A stretch of 64,000 nucleotides of DNA from an uncultured Acidobacteriaceae bacterium (GTDB lineage Bacteria; Acidobacteriota; Terriglobia; Terriglobales; Acidobacteriaceae): the NCBI GenBank assembly GCA_963774735.1, contig CAVZGJ010000008.1, forward strand, positions 45,543 to 109,542, in the 5' to 3' direction. Under the pieces are notes generated by a model. It saw nothing but the letters and a program-made list of their open reading frames with translations. It was not told where the DNA came from and did no database searches. The translations under genes were made by a program, and so were the position numbers. The first letter of the stretch is position 1; each line of letters starts with the position of its first letter. Below are positions 40,601 through 51,892 of this stretch, piece after piece.

Positions 40601-41227
40601 CTAAGGAACCTCGATCAACTCCATCTTTCCATCTCGCTTGCGATGCAGCACCATCGCCTGCCCGCCGTAGTCGCGAAACACAAAGACGTCGCGGTCCCGA
40701 AACGCAGCTTCTTTCACAGCCTCTTCCACGGACATCGGCCGCAAAGCGACCCCATCGGTTGAACGCACAACATGCGGCTCCGCCAGCGGCGAGTGCGACG
40801 GGAAAGTGTGCACCAACATCGGCACAGCCTTGCGTCCGGTGCTGCTGCTTTTAGTCGCAATTTTCAGCGCGACAGTCTTCCGCACAGCCGATGTAACGGC
40901 CTCCGCAGCATCTCCCTTCACTTCCGACTTGGGATGCCGCTTGATCGTTCCGAACTTCTTCTTCTGCCGGATTGCCTGGCGCTCAATCTTCTCCAGGGTG
41001 TCGCGGAGAGCCTCATCCATCTCGGTGCCTTCGCAACGCGCCACAAGGTTCAGGTGCTTCGTCTGCACCGTGATTTCGGCAATCCGCCGGTATTTGTCGC
41101 TTGAAAGAGTCACATGCACGATGCCGGAGTTGCCCACGATCTTTGTGATCCGAGCCAGCCCGGCTTCGGCCTGCAACTTCAGCTTCTTTGTAATAGTTGT
41201 CTGTCTGCCGGTGTACTCGACGTCCAT
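40601..41227 (-). CDS. hpf: Ribosome hibernation promoting factor (long HPF)
   Basis: RaiA domain plus C-terminal PMSVEEA..FVFRD..RKRDG domain, downstream of rpoN. Confidence 0.88.
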   Translation of the reverse strand: MDVEYTGRQTTITKKLKLQAEAGLARITKIVGNSGIVHVTLSSDKYRRIAEITVQTKHLNLVARCEGTEMDEALRDTLEKIERQAIRQKKKFGTIKRHPKSEVKGDAAEAVTSAVRKTVALKIATKSSSTGRKAVPMLVHTFPSHSPLAEPHVVRSTDGVALRPMSVEEAVKEAAFRDRDVFVFRDYGGQAMVLHRKRDGKMELIEVP

Positions 41228-41273
41228 CCGCTCACCTCGTCCCTGCGATTTAGAACGACTCTATCGCAGACGA

Positions 41274-43023
41274 TTAGCGTACACGACGTTGGTGGGTACT
41301 TGGAATCTGCATGTCTTCCCGATATTTGGCTACCGTCCGCCGGGTCACCTGGATTCCCTGCCGCTGCAACTCGGCTGCCAGCTGGTCGTCCGTCAACGGC
41401 TTCCGTTCATCTTCTTCCTCAATCAGCTTTTTCACCTTGCGTTTGAGCAGCACCAGCGGCAGATCCCCGCCCTCGGGTCCATTGACTCCTTCGGAAAAGA
41501 AGAACCGCAGTTCAAATACGCCCTGCGATGTGTGAACGTACTTATTCGCCACCGCGCGACTTACCGTCGAAGGATGCACCCCAATCTCCTCGGCCACCTC
41601 TTTGATCATCATCGGTTTCAGGGCGTTAACTCCGTGCTCCAGAAACTCAGTCTGCCGGCGGACAATGACCTCGCAAGTCCGCACAATCGTATTCTTCCGC
41701 TGTTCAATATTTCGCAGCAGTTGAATTGCGGACTTGTACCGCTCCTTCACATACTCCTTGACTTCCTTCTCGGTCTGCTTCTGCTGCAGCATCTTCCGGT
41801 AGTTCTGGTTCAATCGCAGCGTCGGCATATCTTCTTCATTCATCACGACGATGTAGACGTCATCACGCTTCACAAACGCCACATCCGGTTCAATCAGCCG
41901 TGTTTCGCTGTGGTTATAACGTTGACCCGGTCGCGGGTCCAGCGTGCGAATAAACTCAACCGCTGCCGCAACCTCCTCTGGAGTTCTGCCGCAGCTTCGA
42001 GTTAGCTCCCGCATATCCTTCTTCTGCAACAGCGAAAGACAACTCGTCACAATGTGCAGTTGCGAGAGTGAAGATATCTGCCCGCTCCTGGCCGTTTCCT
42101 GCAGCAGCCGGCTCTACACCACCCTTATCACTCCGCTCTCCCTCCGTAACCTCTCCGGAGATCGCCAGCCGACGCCGCAGAACAATGGCAGCCTCGCCTT
42201 GTTGAGCGCAGATCTGAATGAGCAGGCACTCCCGCAAATCCCGGGCTCCCACGCCAACGGGGTCGAGAAAATTGACCAGCGATCGCGCCTCACGGACAGC
42301 GGCCAGCAAATGCGCGACATCCTCATCGGCCGTTGCCGCCAGATCTACCCCTTCGCCCGGACCGTCCGCACCCTCCACCTCCGGTGCGGGTTCTGCTCCA
42401 TTCACATCCTTCCCCGATTGTTCCCATAGATGCGCGAGCTTGTTCCGCGTTCCGCGCTCAAAAGGAATCGGGTTCTGCCGTGCGGGAATCCTCGACCGGA
42501 GCAGCGACTCCAGCAACTCCTCATCACTCGCAGTCAGGTATCCATCCTCATTCAGATTTCCCACCACCAGGTCCGCCGCCAGGCGAACCTCCGGACTCAG
42601 CGTCAACGAACCAAGCTGCCACGAGAGATGATCGCTCAGGGTACTTGGTTGGGAGAGAAAATTCTCGAACGAAGGCTTGTCATACTCTTCAAAATTCGAG
42701 ACTGTTCGAAATCCCGGATCAAGATAATCCTGAAAATAGCTCCCGAAGTCGATCTCATCGAAGGGATCCTTCTCCACTCTCTCGCTCTCAGCGGCAACCT
42801 CCTCCGCAGAACGCTCCCGGTCACCCTCGAGTCCAGTCCGCTCTTCCAGCGTGACCGCAGACTCCTCCAACTCCTCCAGCACCGGATTCTCCACCATCTC
42901 GGTGTTGATCATCTCCTTCAGCTCGAGCTTGTTCAGCGCAAGCACGCTGACCATCTGCACCAGACCAGGCGTCAGCACCTGCCGTTGTGAGACCTTCAAG
43001 TTCAGCTTTGGTTGCAGCAGCAC
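41274..43023 (-). CDS. rpoN: RNA polymerase sigma-54 factor (apparent frameshift ~42055)
   Basis: Q/L-rich region I, ENPVLE, DPVGVGARDLRECL, HPSTVSRA and RpoN box RRTVAKYRE. Confidence 0.93.
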
Positions 43024-43264
43024 GTTGACCTCTTACCTCTATCGACCCGTTCGCTTTTCTTGTGTGTAGATATGCCGTTTGGCGATCGTCGTGCTTATCC
43101 CATGGACTGTGCAATCGTCTGCATATCAACCACCATTTATTGGCTTGGCCACAGTCTACACGCCTCTTGATAGTTCTGGCTGTAAGTCTAACCCTGCCAA
43201 TGACTGGAGAAACTCCACCTATAGCAGTGTCCCCTTGCAACGGAAGTTGTACGGGATCGCATCC

Positions 43265-43993
43265 TCAATCCATCGAGAAATTCTCCCCCAGATAGATCCG
43301 GCGCACATCGGGATTACGCCCAAGCTCTCCCGGTGTCCCCGTCGCAAAAATCTTGCCTTCTGTGATGATGTACGCCCTATCTGTTACAGACAGAGTCTCC
43401 CGCACATTATGGTCCGTAATCAAGACGCCTATCCCACTCCGCTTCAACCCGAAGATAATCTCCTGCAAATCCAACACGGCGATAGGATCGATACCCGAAA
43501 ACGGTTCATCCAGCAAAATGAATGACGGCTCGATCGCCAGGCATCGCGCAATCTCCACACGCCTCCGTTCCCCTCCGCTGAGAGCATATCCGCGCGTCTT
43601 CCGCACATGCCCCAGGTTCAACTGCTCTATCAATCTCTCCGTGCGCGTCCGCCGGCTCTCCCAACTCAGCTGCTGGGCCTCCAGCACCGCCAGAATGTTA
43701 TCCTCCACGGTCAGCTTGCGGAACACCGAGGGCTCCTGAGGTAAATAACTGATTCCATAGCTCCGCGCTCGCAGATACATCGGCAACCGGCTGATGTCGT
43801 GGCCATTTGCCAATATCCGCCCCGAATCCGGCCGCACCAAACCCACGATCATATAAAAACTCGTCGTCTTCCCAGCGCCGTTCGGCCCCAGCAGACCCAC
43901 CACCTCTCCCTGCTCGATCTGCAGGTTCACCCCCTTGACGACCTGGCGCCCTCCGTACGACTTTGCAATCTCCTCCGTCGATAACGTCTTCAT
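43265..43993 (-). CDS. lptB: LPS export ABC transporter ATP-binding protein
   Basis: [34 protein letters not shown] and TDHNVRET motifs. Confidence 0.95.
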   Translation of the reverse strand: MKTLSTEEIAKSYGGRQVVKGVNLQIEQGEVVGLLGPNGAGKTTSFYMIVGLVRPDSGRILANGHDISRLPMYLRARSYGISYLPQEPSVFRKLTVEDNILAVLEAQQLSWESRRTRTERLIEQLNLGHVRKTRGYALSGGERRRVEIARCLAIEPSFILLDEPFSGIDPIAVLDLQEIIFGLKRSGIGVLITDHNVRETLSVTDRAYIITEGKIFATGTPGELGRNPDVRRIYLGENFSMD

Positions 43994-46547
43994 TGCTTGT
44001 TCTTCACCCGCGTCTCCGTGCGCACTCTTTGGCCAGCGCCACTCTCTCCCCTATTAGAAACCACGACCTTGTCATCGCCCGTGTGGAATCGCAGGGACGT
44101 ACCCGTAACGGTGCCTCGCTGATCATCGACCACCTTTGGAAAGATGGTCGCGGTCCCCGTCAATACGAAGAAGCCGTCACTCGCCGTATACACCAACTGT
44201 TCCCCTGTCGCGCGACGTCCTGGTTGCTCCATCTCAATGCGCCCGGTAGCGACGATCCGTTCCACACTGCCGCCCATTAGACCGTCGCCGGCCGCCAAAG
44301 GAGAAGCATTCGTCTTACCCCCGCCATCGGTCTTTTGCGCGGGATGCAGGTAGACCACGACCTGTTGCGCCTTCATAACTCCGTCGGCACTCTCAACTTC
44401 TGCTCCCCCTGTAAACTCCGCCTTCCTCGCCTCGTCCGAATAAACAAGGTCACGGCTCGCCACTCGAACGACATTCGTCTTCCCGCCCGGTGACCGTAGC
44501 CTTCCCCGACACCGGCTTTGCCGCATCCGCCTTGCCGGTCGGAAGCACGCCTCCGCTGCTGACCAATACCGTGTGGACAGCCATAGCCGACCCGCGACCT
44601 TCTCCATGCGCCAGGAGCCGCCTCTGTCTCCGTTCAAATTGCAACACAGGAGCATCGACCTGAGACCCACCCTGCCACAACCGTGCAGGAATTCCAGCAA
44701 CTCCGTGAAAGGTCGCGATCTGTGATTCGTGGGCCAGTTCGGCGCGTGCCGCCAGCACATGCACCGGTTCATTCGCGCTTCCTGGCTGCCGATAACTTGC
44801 CTTCACCGACCCATCGGCCGTGGAGTCGCCGCTCTCTTGTTCCATCACCACCCGGTCGGCCCAAAGTACGCTCGTCCCATCGTCCACTTGCACATTGCCT
44901 GTCAACGTTGTCCTCTGCAGTTCGCCATCATAGGCCGCCCGCTCCGCCGTCGCCCGCTCCTCAGCCGGAGCAGCCGCATCCCCGGGTTTGCGCGCAGGCA
45001 GCTCCGTTATCACGACATGCCCGAACTCCGTCGCATCGGAGATCGCATCGCCACCCTGAGCACCTGACCCTTTCCCCGCCACCTGCCCTTTTGGGATCCC
45101 GGCCACCCCCTGTTCGCCCGTCCCACCCCGAAAATGCGCCACCAGCGAGTCGCCGGACCCGGTGCTCACCACACCAGTCGCACTCACCCGTTTCAGCGAG
45201 CTGTGTCCTTCTCCACGGACCTCAGAAATATGATCCACACTCCCAATCTCGACAAAGTGCCCGGTCAAAACGTCACCGCCCAACCAACTGCTCTCCGTTC
45301 CACCCTTCGCAATCGCGTTCACGACCTTCACACGCGCCTCTCCCGTGGCAATCGCCTCCCGCAATCGCGACCTCCCCGCCGAATCCGCCGCCAACGCCAA
45401 CTCCACTGCTGCGGCGCTCAACTCCCGCTCGTTCCACGGCTCACCCGCTGCTTGAGAAGCCCGCACTCGTTCCCTGACTTCCACCGCACCGGTCATCCTC
45501 AAATGCTCCATGCGTCCCTTGCTGTCGAATCCCGCCCGGGCATTTGCCGCCGCACCTTTCGCCTGTCGCAACGGATCATCTAAGCCATACTTCACCCCAC
45601 CCGTCATCACAGCCGACTCCGGCTGATTTTGCGCATTCAAGATCAGCTCCCCACGCGGAGCCACCACGCTCCCTCCAGCGCCGTTCGTCAGCGTCACCTC
45701 TCCCTCCGCTTCCACGCTCTCGGCCGAACCATCGCTTCGCAGGCGAACCACCACATGGTCACCCCGCGCCGTCTGTCCCTCTTCCCCCTTAGCCTTCCCG
45801 CCCACAGAAACATACTTCGCCATCGACAGCACTACGGTCTTCCCTGATCTGTCGAGCACTGCATGCGAAGCCGTCAAAAGCACCGGCTGATCGTGCTCCA
45901 GACCGTTCACCTTCACCGCCGACTGCAGCACCACAACGCCCGTGTCCGAGTTGTACTCTGCCCCAACTGCATGTCCCGTCAAACCACCCGATTCAAACTC
46001 AATGTCCTTATCCGTCGCCGCGACCCCCAGTTTTTGCAAAAACACAAGCCCACTGGTCGTCACATGAATCAGACGCGGATCCCGGCTTTCTTGCCCGCTT
46101 CCGTGCAGATCTTTCCCGGCGGCATAGTCCATCTTTGCCTTCGCATCTGCCGCTTCAGGCGCCTGCAGATCGATATGCACCTCGCCCTCCGCACGGACAA
46201 TGCCGTTCGTTTGGTCATATTCAAACTCGTTGCCGTAGATCCGGTCGGCTCTGTCTTGTTTGCGTCCGTATAGAACAATCCCCACATCATGGAGCGTCAT
46301 CTTGCCATCCGCCCGCTCCACCGCCTTGGCCGCATGAATCGTATAAACGGTTCGCCCCTGCACCGACTGCGAATACGTAACGTTATTGGTTTCGCGGCGA
46401 ATGTCGATTCCCAGCTTTGCCGGAAGATTCGCCAGGAACCTGTGCTTTCGGTAATGCGCGTAACCCAGGAAGGCTGCAACCACAACGAACAAGCAGGCCC
46501 GCACCCACCAGCAACCAGACCCGCAGCCGTTCTACCGAAACGCTCAT
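43990..46547 (-). CDS. Large LptC/LptA (OstA repeat) family protein (apparent frameshifts ~46500 and ~44485)
   Basis: GAGGAGGA RBS before ATG 46547, N-terminal TM, repeated beta-jellyroll motifs (A-x-x-A-x-[14 protein letters not shown]). Overlaps the lptB start. Confidence 0.75.
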
Positions 46548-46673
46548 TCCTCCTCTATCTTCTCACCCAAAGCTCAAAGCGTCGTTGGACAAACCTGACA
46601 TCACAAAACCTCCTCGCCTCTCATCCGTATTTCTCCGCGCAATCCGCGGTCGCATCGGGACTAAACTATCCCT

Positions 46674-47330
46674 ATGGCCGATCAGCTCTACCTAAGCCTC
46701 TGGTTCCCCAACTTCCGCTTCGACACCCTCCCCGCGACCCTCGTCTCGGTCATGCGCCAGTTCGCCCTCATCAGCGGGAACCCCCGCGTCTGGGCCGCCA
46801 GCGCCTACCCAATCAGCTTCAACGAAGCCCCCGCCTACCAGCGCCTTTACGTCAACGACGACCGCTCCGAGGAAACCTCCGCCTCCCTCATCGAAAATGC
46901 AGTAGCCGAGGCAACCGAGCAACTCCACGACGACACCGCCTACGAGTTCGAGATGCGATGGAATCTCTGGGCGCCCGACGCGAGCGCCAATCAAGTCGCC
47001 GAAGCCGCAACACTCGATACCCTCTGGAAGCGGCAGCCCGCAACCGTCCGAATCATTGGCTTCGGGCCCGGCTTCGACGATGCCACCTTCGAACAGAACG
47101 GGCACATCCGCATCGACTTCGGCCTCGACACGCCTTGGCTCGCCGAAACCCTCGACGACGAGGACCTCGACGAAGACGCCACCAAACACATTCAGCAAAA
47201 CGTCGAGATGCTCCTCGCCTTCACCCTCTCGGTCGAAAAAAACTGTGGCATCAGCAGCCGCCTCCTCTGGACCGAATCCGGCGAACCCCTCGCCCAAAAG
47301 CTCATCGACCGCCTCCAGCGCGTCAACTGA
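46674..47330 (+). CDS. Conserved hypothetical protein
   Basis: 218-aa ORF with host C-ending codon bias. No recognisable motif. Confidence 0.7.
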   Translation: MADQLYLSLWFPNFRFDTLPATLVSVMRQFALISGNPRVWAASAYPISFNEAPAYQRLYVNDDRSEETSASLIENAVAEATEQLHDDTAYEFEMRWNLWAPDASANQVAEAATLDTLWKRQPATVRIIGFGPGFDDATFEQNGHIRIDFGLDTPWLAETLDDEDLDEDATKHIQQNVEMLLAFTLSVEKNCGISSRLLWTESGEPLAQKLIDRLQRVN

Positions 47331-47335
47331 CGTCT

Positions 47336-47396
47336 TTACGAAAATCGAAGAAAACCATTACGACTTTCTTACGGATCATTACTCCTTTCTTACGGA
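47336..47396 (+). promoter_or_regulatory. Phased direct repeats, probable transcription-factor binding site
   Basis: CATTACGACTTTCTTACGGA (47356) and CATTACTCCTTTCTTACGGA (47377) with 21-bp period. Confidence 0.55.
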
Positions 47397-47451
47397 CGCG
47401 GTGTTGAAATACTCTTCGGCGGTGAAATAGAGCCGCCAGGAGAGAAGTTTA

Positions 47452-47676
47452 ATGAACACGTTTCGCACCCGCAGACCGCTACTCGTAAACGCCACGCAAT
47501 GCCGCCAACCCGCCGTCATCCTCACCGACTCTGGACAGCGGAAAGCCTACCCAGGCGACTGGATCATTGAAGGCGAGAACCACGAGCGCTACATCGTCGA
47601 CAACACGTTTTTCCAGCGGACCTTTGCCCCAATCCCATGGGAACCCTCCGACGAAGGCCGCCACTACGGCAGCTAG
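47452..47676 (+). CDS. Small hypothetical protein (PGDWII motif)
   Basis: AGGAG RBS. 74 aa with AYPGDWII..YIVDxxFFxRTF motif. Confidence 0.65.
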   Translation: MNTFRTRRPLLVNATQCRQPAVILTDSGQRKAYPGDWIIEGENHERYIVDNTFFQRTFAPIPWEPSDEGRHYGS

Positions 47677-47760
47677 CTCTCCACCTCCGACCGAATATCA
47701 ACCTAAACCCGAATCACTCCGGCCCATCACAACCCGGAAAGAAGAAAAGTGCAGTGTCCT

Positions 47761-48378
47761 ATGGCATTGTCCGTCGTTGAACCCCCGGCCCCCTCGTTCT
47801 CGCAATCACTCACAATCCCCTTCATCACAACGGAAAGCGACCTCCGGGCAAGCCCCCTGCGAACGCGCAAAGCACAGCTGCAGGACGCCGTCGCCATCTA
47901 CCAGCTGATCGAGAGCTTCACCTGCGACGGCACCCTCCTCCATCGCTCTCTTGAAGAGATCCGCGCCAACATTCGCACCTTCACCATCGTCGAAACGGGC
48001 TCTCACCAGTTCGTCGGCTGCGCCTCACTCCACGTCTACGGCCCATACCTTGCCGAGGTCCGCTCGATCGTTGTCCATCCCGACATCAAGGGACAGGGAG
48101 CCGGAGGCCTCCTGGTCCGCGCCCTCCTCGATCAAGCCAACGCCGGCGGAATTAAGTGCGTCTGTCTCTTCACCCGCATCCCAGCCTTCTTCGAACACTT
48201 CGACTTCCGCATCGCCAACCGTCACGCCTTCCAAGACAAACTGGCAAAGGACTGCATTCGCTGTGCCCGGCGCAACGCATGCGACGAAATCGCTATGGCC
48301 ATCGGAGAACTCCCTCCAGCTGGCATCATTGCCGCGAAGCCCCTCCGCCACGCGGACCTGGTGCAGTTGAAGTTCTGA
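47761..48378 (+). CDS. GNAT N-acetyltransferase (short ArgA-like)
   Basis: LLHRS, LAEVRSIVV, GQGAG, FFEHFDF and KDCxRC..CDEIA motifs. Confidence 0.82.
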   Translation: MALSVVEPPAPSFSQSLTIPFITTESDLRASPLRTRKAQLQDAVAIYQLIESFTCDGTLLHRSLEEIRANIRTFTIVETGSHQFVGCASLHVYGPYLAEVRSIVVHPDIKGQGAGGLLVRALLDQANAGGIKCVCLFTRIPAFFEHFDFRIANRHAFQDKLAKDCIRCARRNACDEIAMAIGELPPAGIIAAKPLRHADLVQLKF

Positions 48379-48601
48379 ACCTGGAAAGTTACCTGCATGA
48401 CCCAAAAGGCACATTCACCGCCCGTTATCGTCGCATATACCATTCGCTACATGGCCCTTGCAGACAGCATTTTCCGTCATGGATCATTGCCCGCAGGAGC
48501 TGGATCGCCAACTCGCAGCGAATGAAGACTTACAAAAGCCGGCAAGTTCCCGCTTATCTCTCTCGCGCATCAATCGGCGAGAATCACACAGGAAGATAAA
48601 G

Positions 48602-48775
48602 ATGGAATACACACAACAGAACGATCAGATTTCAATGTATCAATCGAACTCTCGTGCCGAAGACGGCCCTGCCGATCGCCCCTCACTCGCCATCTACGAA
48701 GGCGTCGTCATTCCCCTTGCAACACTCGGCGCTGCCCTCCTCTTCGTCGTTGGCGCGATCATCCTTACCCACTAA
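48602..48775 (+). CDS. Possible small membrane protein
   Basis: 57-aa ORF with a C-terminal hydrophobic helix. Confidence 0.3.
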   Translation: MEYTQQNDQISMYQSNSRAEDGPADRPSLAIYEGVVIPLATLGAALLFVVGAIILTH

Positions 48776-50871
48776 CCGGCGACAACGATCTCCGAGAAGT
48801 CGGCAATACCCGAGAAGTTGCTCACGATCTTTGTCAACAGCCATAACCGGCCCGCGCGGACCTTCGGATCAGGATCCATCACCATAACCTGATCGAAAAA
48901 CGCATCCACCGAAGGGCGCAGCGTCGCGATCGCCTCAAGCGCACCCCTATATTCACGCCTCTCGGCCATCTTCTTCACTCGATCCGCGATCTCTTCTTCC
49001 TTTGTCACTAACTCCAGTTGCGCCGGATGAATGGTTCCACCGTGCCCTTCTTCCCTCGTCGGCAGCTCACCCTTCTCCTTCGCCTGCGAAAGAATATTCT
49101 TCATCCGCTTAAACGAAGCTGACACGGCCTCAAAATCGGCAGACCCGCGAACCGCAGTCAAAGCCTCCGCGCGCGCCACCGCATCACGGACGTCATTCGC
49201 TCCAGCAGCAAGCACTGCCTTCACCACGTCATAAGCCTGTCCTTTCGCCTCGCGCAGATAAAACTCAAGCCGCTCCGCAAAAAAAACCTCCGCGCCAAGC
49301 CGAACCGCCTCGCTGACCGAAGCCGCATCGACAATATCCCCAAGCGTCAGCGGTAGCGGAACCGTCGTCTCCGCCAGGATCTTTACAATTCCATTCGCCG
49401 CTCTGCGCAACGCAAACGGATCCTTCGACCCCGTCGGCTCCAACCCCAGTCCGAACATCCCGGCGATCGTGTCCGCCTTGTCCGCAACAGCGAGCAATGC
49501 CCCTTCCGTCGTCCGCGGAACGGTATCGTCCATCGACTCCGGCTTGTAGTGGTCATAGATCGCTTCGCCCACAGCAGCAGGAAAACCCTGTGCGCGCGCA
49601 TAGAGTCCGCCCACCACACCCTGCAACTCCGTAAACTCCTTCACCAACTCGGAAGTAAGATCCGTCTTCGCGAGCGAGGCAGCTGTCTCCAGCGCCGCGG
49701 AATCCACCGAAACTCCCCGATCTGCGACCAGCCTGGCAAGTGCGGCAGCAACCCGCTTCACCCGTTCCGTCTTCGCCGCATAACTCCCCAAATCCTTCTG
49801 GAAGGTCACATTCTCCAGCAGCTTCACCCGCTCCACCAGCGGCACCCTCTGATCGAACTCCCAGAAGAACCGGGCATCGTTGAATCGTGCCCGCAAAACC
49901 CGCTCATTTCCATGCCGAATCAAAGCCACCCCAGCCTCATCAGCCTCCGTATTCAACACCGCCAGAAAATGCGAGGCCAGCTTTCCATCCTTATCCTCTA
50001 CGGCGAAATAGCTCTGGTGATCCCTCATCACTGTCACCAGCACCTCTTCAGGCAGTGCCAGGTATTCCGTCTCGAACCCGCCCAGCAGCACCGAAGGCCA
50101 CTCAGTCAACTGGGTCAGCTTATCCACCAGCCCATGGTCCTCTCGCCAACGCATTCCCTCAACGCTACGAGTCACCTTATCCAAAGCCTTCCGAATCCTC
50201 TGCCGCCGGACCTCCACATCTGCGATCACAAACCCACCCAGCAGCGCATCCTCATAATCACCCGGAGCAGCCAGCGAAATCTCCTGCTCTCCAAACAGAA
50301 CCCGGTGCCCATATGTAACCTTACCCGCTACATATCCACCAAATCCCACCGGCACCACCTCACCACCGAGCATCGCCACCATCCACCGCACGGGCCGTAC
50401 AAACCGCTCCGGCTTACCCGGCCTCCAGTACATATTCTTCGCCCAGTAGATCCCGGCAAGTTCCTTCGGCAACTCCGCCGCAATCACCTCAGACGCGCCA
50501 CGTCCGGCCCTAACCGCAGTCGCCGCGAGATACTCCCCCTTCACATTCGTAATCGTCTTCAGTTCTTCAACCGCCACACCGGCCTTCTTCGCAAAAGCCA
50601 CTGCCGCCGGAGTCGCCGCGCCGTCCTTATAAGCCACCTTCACCGAAGGTCCAACCAACTCCTCGGCCAAATCTTCCTGCCGCTCCGCAACATCCTTCAC
50701 CCAAACCGCCAGCCGCCGCGGCGTAGCAAAACTCTTCGCTTCCGCACCCGAGCCCAGCAGCCTCTCGCGCTCCAGCATCTTCACCACGCGCCGCTCAAGC
50801 TCCGCCTGAGCCCCGCCAATCATCCGCGCCGGAACCTCTTCCAACCCAATCTCAAACAAAAACTCCGCCAT
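48772..50871 (-). CDS. glyS: Glycine--tRNA ligase beta subunit
   Basis: FLFEIGLEEVP, TPRRL, FVRPVRW, EFTELQG and TGSKDPFALRR motifs. Confidence 0.95.
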   Translation of the reverse strand: MAEFLFEIGLEEVPARMIGGAQAELERRVVKMLERERLLGSGAEAKSFATPRRLAVWVKDVAERQEDLAEELVGPSVKVAYKDGAATPAAVAFAKKAGVAVEELKTITNVKGEYLAATAVRAGRGASEVIAAELPKELAGIYWAKNMYWRPGKPERFVRPVRWMVAMLGGEVVPVGFGGYVAGKVTYGHRVLFGEQEISLAAPGDYEDALLGGFVIADVEVRRQRIRKALDKVTRSVEGMRWREDHGLVDKLTQLTEWPSVLLGGFETEYLALPEEVLVTVMRDHQSYFAVEDKDGKLASHFLAVLNTEADEAGVALIRHGNERVLRARFNDARFFWEFDQRVPLVERVKLLENVTFQKDLGSYAAKTERVKRVAAALARLVADRGVSVDSAALETAASLAKTDLTSELVKEFTELQGVVGGLYARAQGFPAAVGEAIYDHYKPESMDDTVPRTTEGALLAVADKADTIAGMFGLGLEPTGSKDPFALRRAANGIVKILAETTVPLPLTLGDIVDAASVSEAVRLGAEVFFAERLEFYLREAKGQAYDVVKAVLAAGANDVRDAVARAEALTAVRGSADFEAVSASFKRMKNILSQAKEKGELPTREEGHGGTIHPAQLELVTKEEEIADRVKKMAERREYRGALEAIATLRPSVDAFFDQVMVMDPDPKVRAGRLWLLTKIVSNFSGIADFSEIVVAG

Positions 50872-50876
50872 GTCGT

Positions 50877-51839
50877 CTATCGAACCCCTGCTTCCAAAGC
50901 CTCTCCCTGCGCCGCATAAGCCTTCGCCACCCCCACCACCAGCGTCCGAATCCGCGCCATCACACCCACCCGCTCCGTCACCGAAATCGCGCCCCGGGCA
51001 TCCAGCAGATTGAACACGTGCGAGCACTTCAGCGCAAGCTCATACGCTCCCAACACCGGAAACCGCTTCAGCGTCAGCTCATCCATCTTGTCGAAGCCCT
51101 TCGCCTTTCCGAGCAACGCCAGGCACTCCGCCTCATACAGATTCAAATGCTCCCACAGCTTCCCGACGTCCGCATAATCGAAACTGTAAGCCGAAAACTG
51201 CTCTTCCTCCGCCAGCCGAATCTCGCCATACGTCACCTCGCGCCCCGTCTCCGGTTCCACCGCCCACACGATGTCATAAATCGAATCCACATCCTGCAAG
51301 AACCCTGCAATTCGCTCCAACCCATACGTAATCTCACCCGAAATCGGGTCCAGATCCATCCCTCCGCACTGCTGAAAGTAAGTGAACTGCGTTATCTCCA
51401 GCCCATCCAGCATCACCTGCCAGCCCACACCCCATGCGCCGCCGACCGGCCACTCCCAGTTGTCCTCTTCAAACTTGATGTCGTGCTCCCGCAGGTCAAT
51501 CCCGATCGCTACCAGCGACTCCAGGTACATCTCCTGAATATTTACGGGTGGCGGCTTCAAAATCACTTGCAACTGCGTATGCCGAAACAGCCGGTTCGGG
51601 TTCTCCCCGTACCGCCCGTCCGCCGGACGCCGCGATGGCTGAGCGTACGCGATCCTCACGGGCTTAGGTCCCAGCACGCGCAAAAACGTATCCGGAGACA
51701 TCGTTCCGGCCCCAACCTCAACATCGTACGGCTGCTGCAGCACGCATCCGCGGTCGGCCCAGAACCGCTGTAGCGTAAACAAAAGCTCCTGAAAGGTCAG
51801 CGCACTCTTCTCGCCAACCCGCGACACCAATCCACTCAT
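50877..51839 (-). CDS. glyQ: Glycine--tRNA ligase alpha subunit
   Basis: [30 protein letters not shown] and EITYGLER motifs. Confidence 0.96.
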   Translation of the reverse strand: MSGLVSRVGEKSALTFQELLFTLQRFWADRGCVLQQPYDVEVGAGTMSPDTFLRVLGPKPVRIAYAQPSRRPADGRYGENPNRLFRHTQLQVILKPPPVNIQEMYLESLVAIGIDLREHDIKFEEDNWEWPVGGAWGVGWQVMLDGLEITQFTYFQQCGGMDLDPISGEITYGLERIAGFLQDVDSIYDIVWAVEPETGREVTYGEIRLAEEEQFSAYSFDYADVGKLWEHLNLYEAECLALLGKAKGFDKMDELTLKRFPVLGAYELALKCSHVFNLLDARGAISVTERVGVMARIRTLVVGVAKAYAAQGEALEAGVR

Positions 51840-51892
51840 AACTCTCTCTTGAAATCCGGCAGTCCTTCGATTCTAACTGGTCGCCAGTTCTC

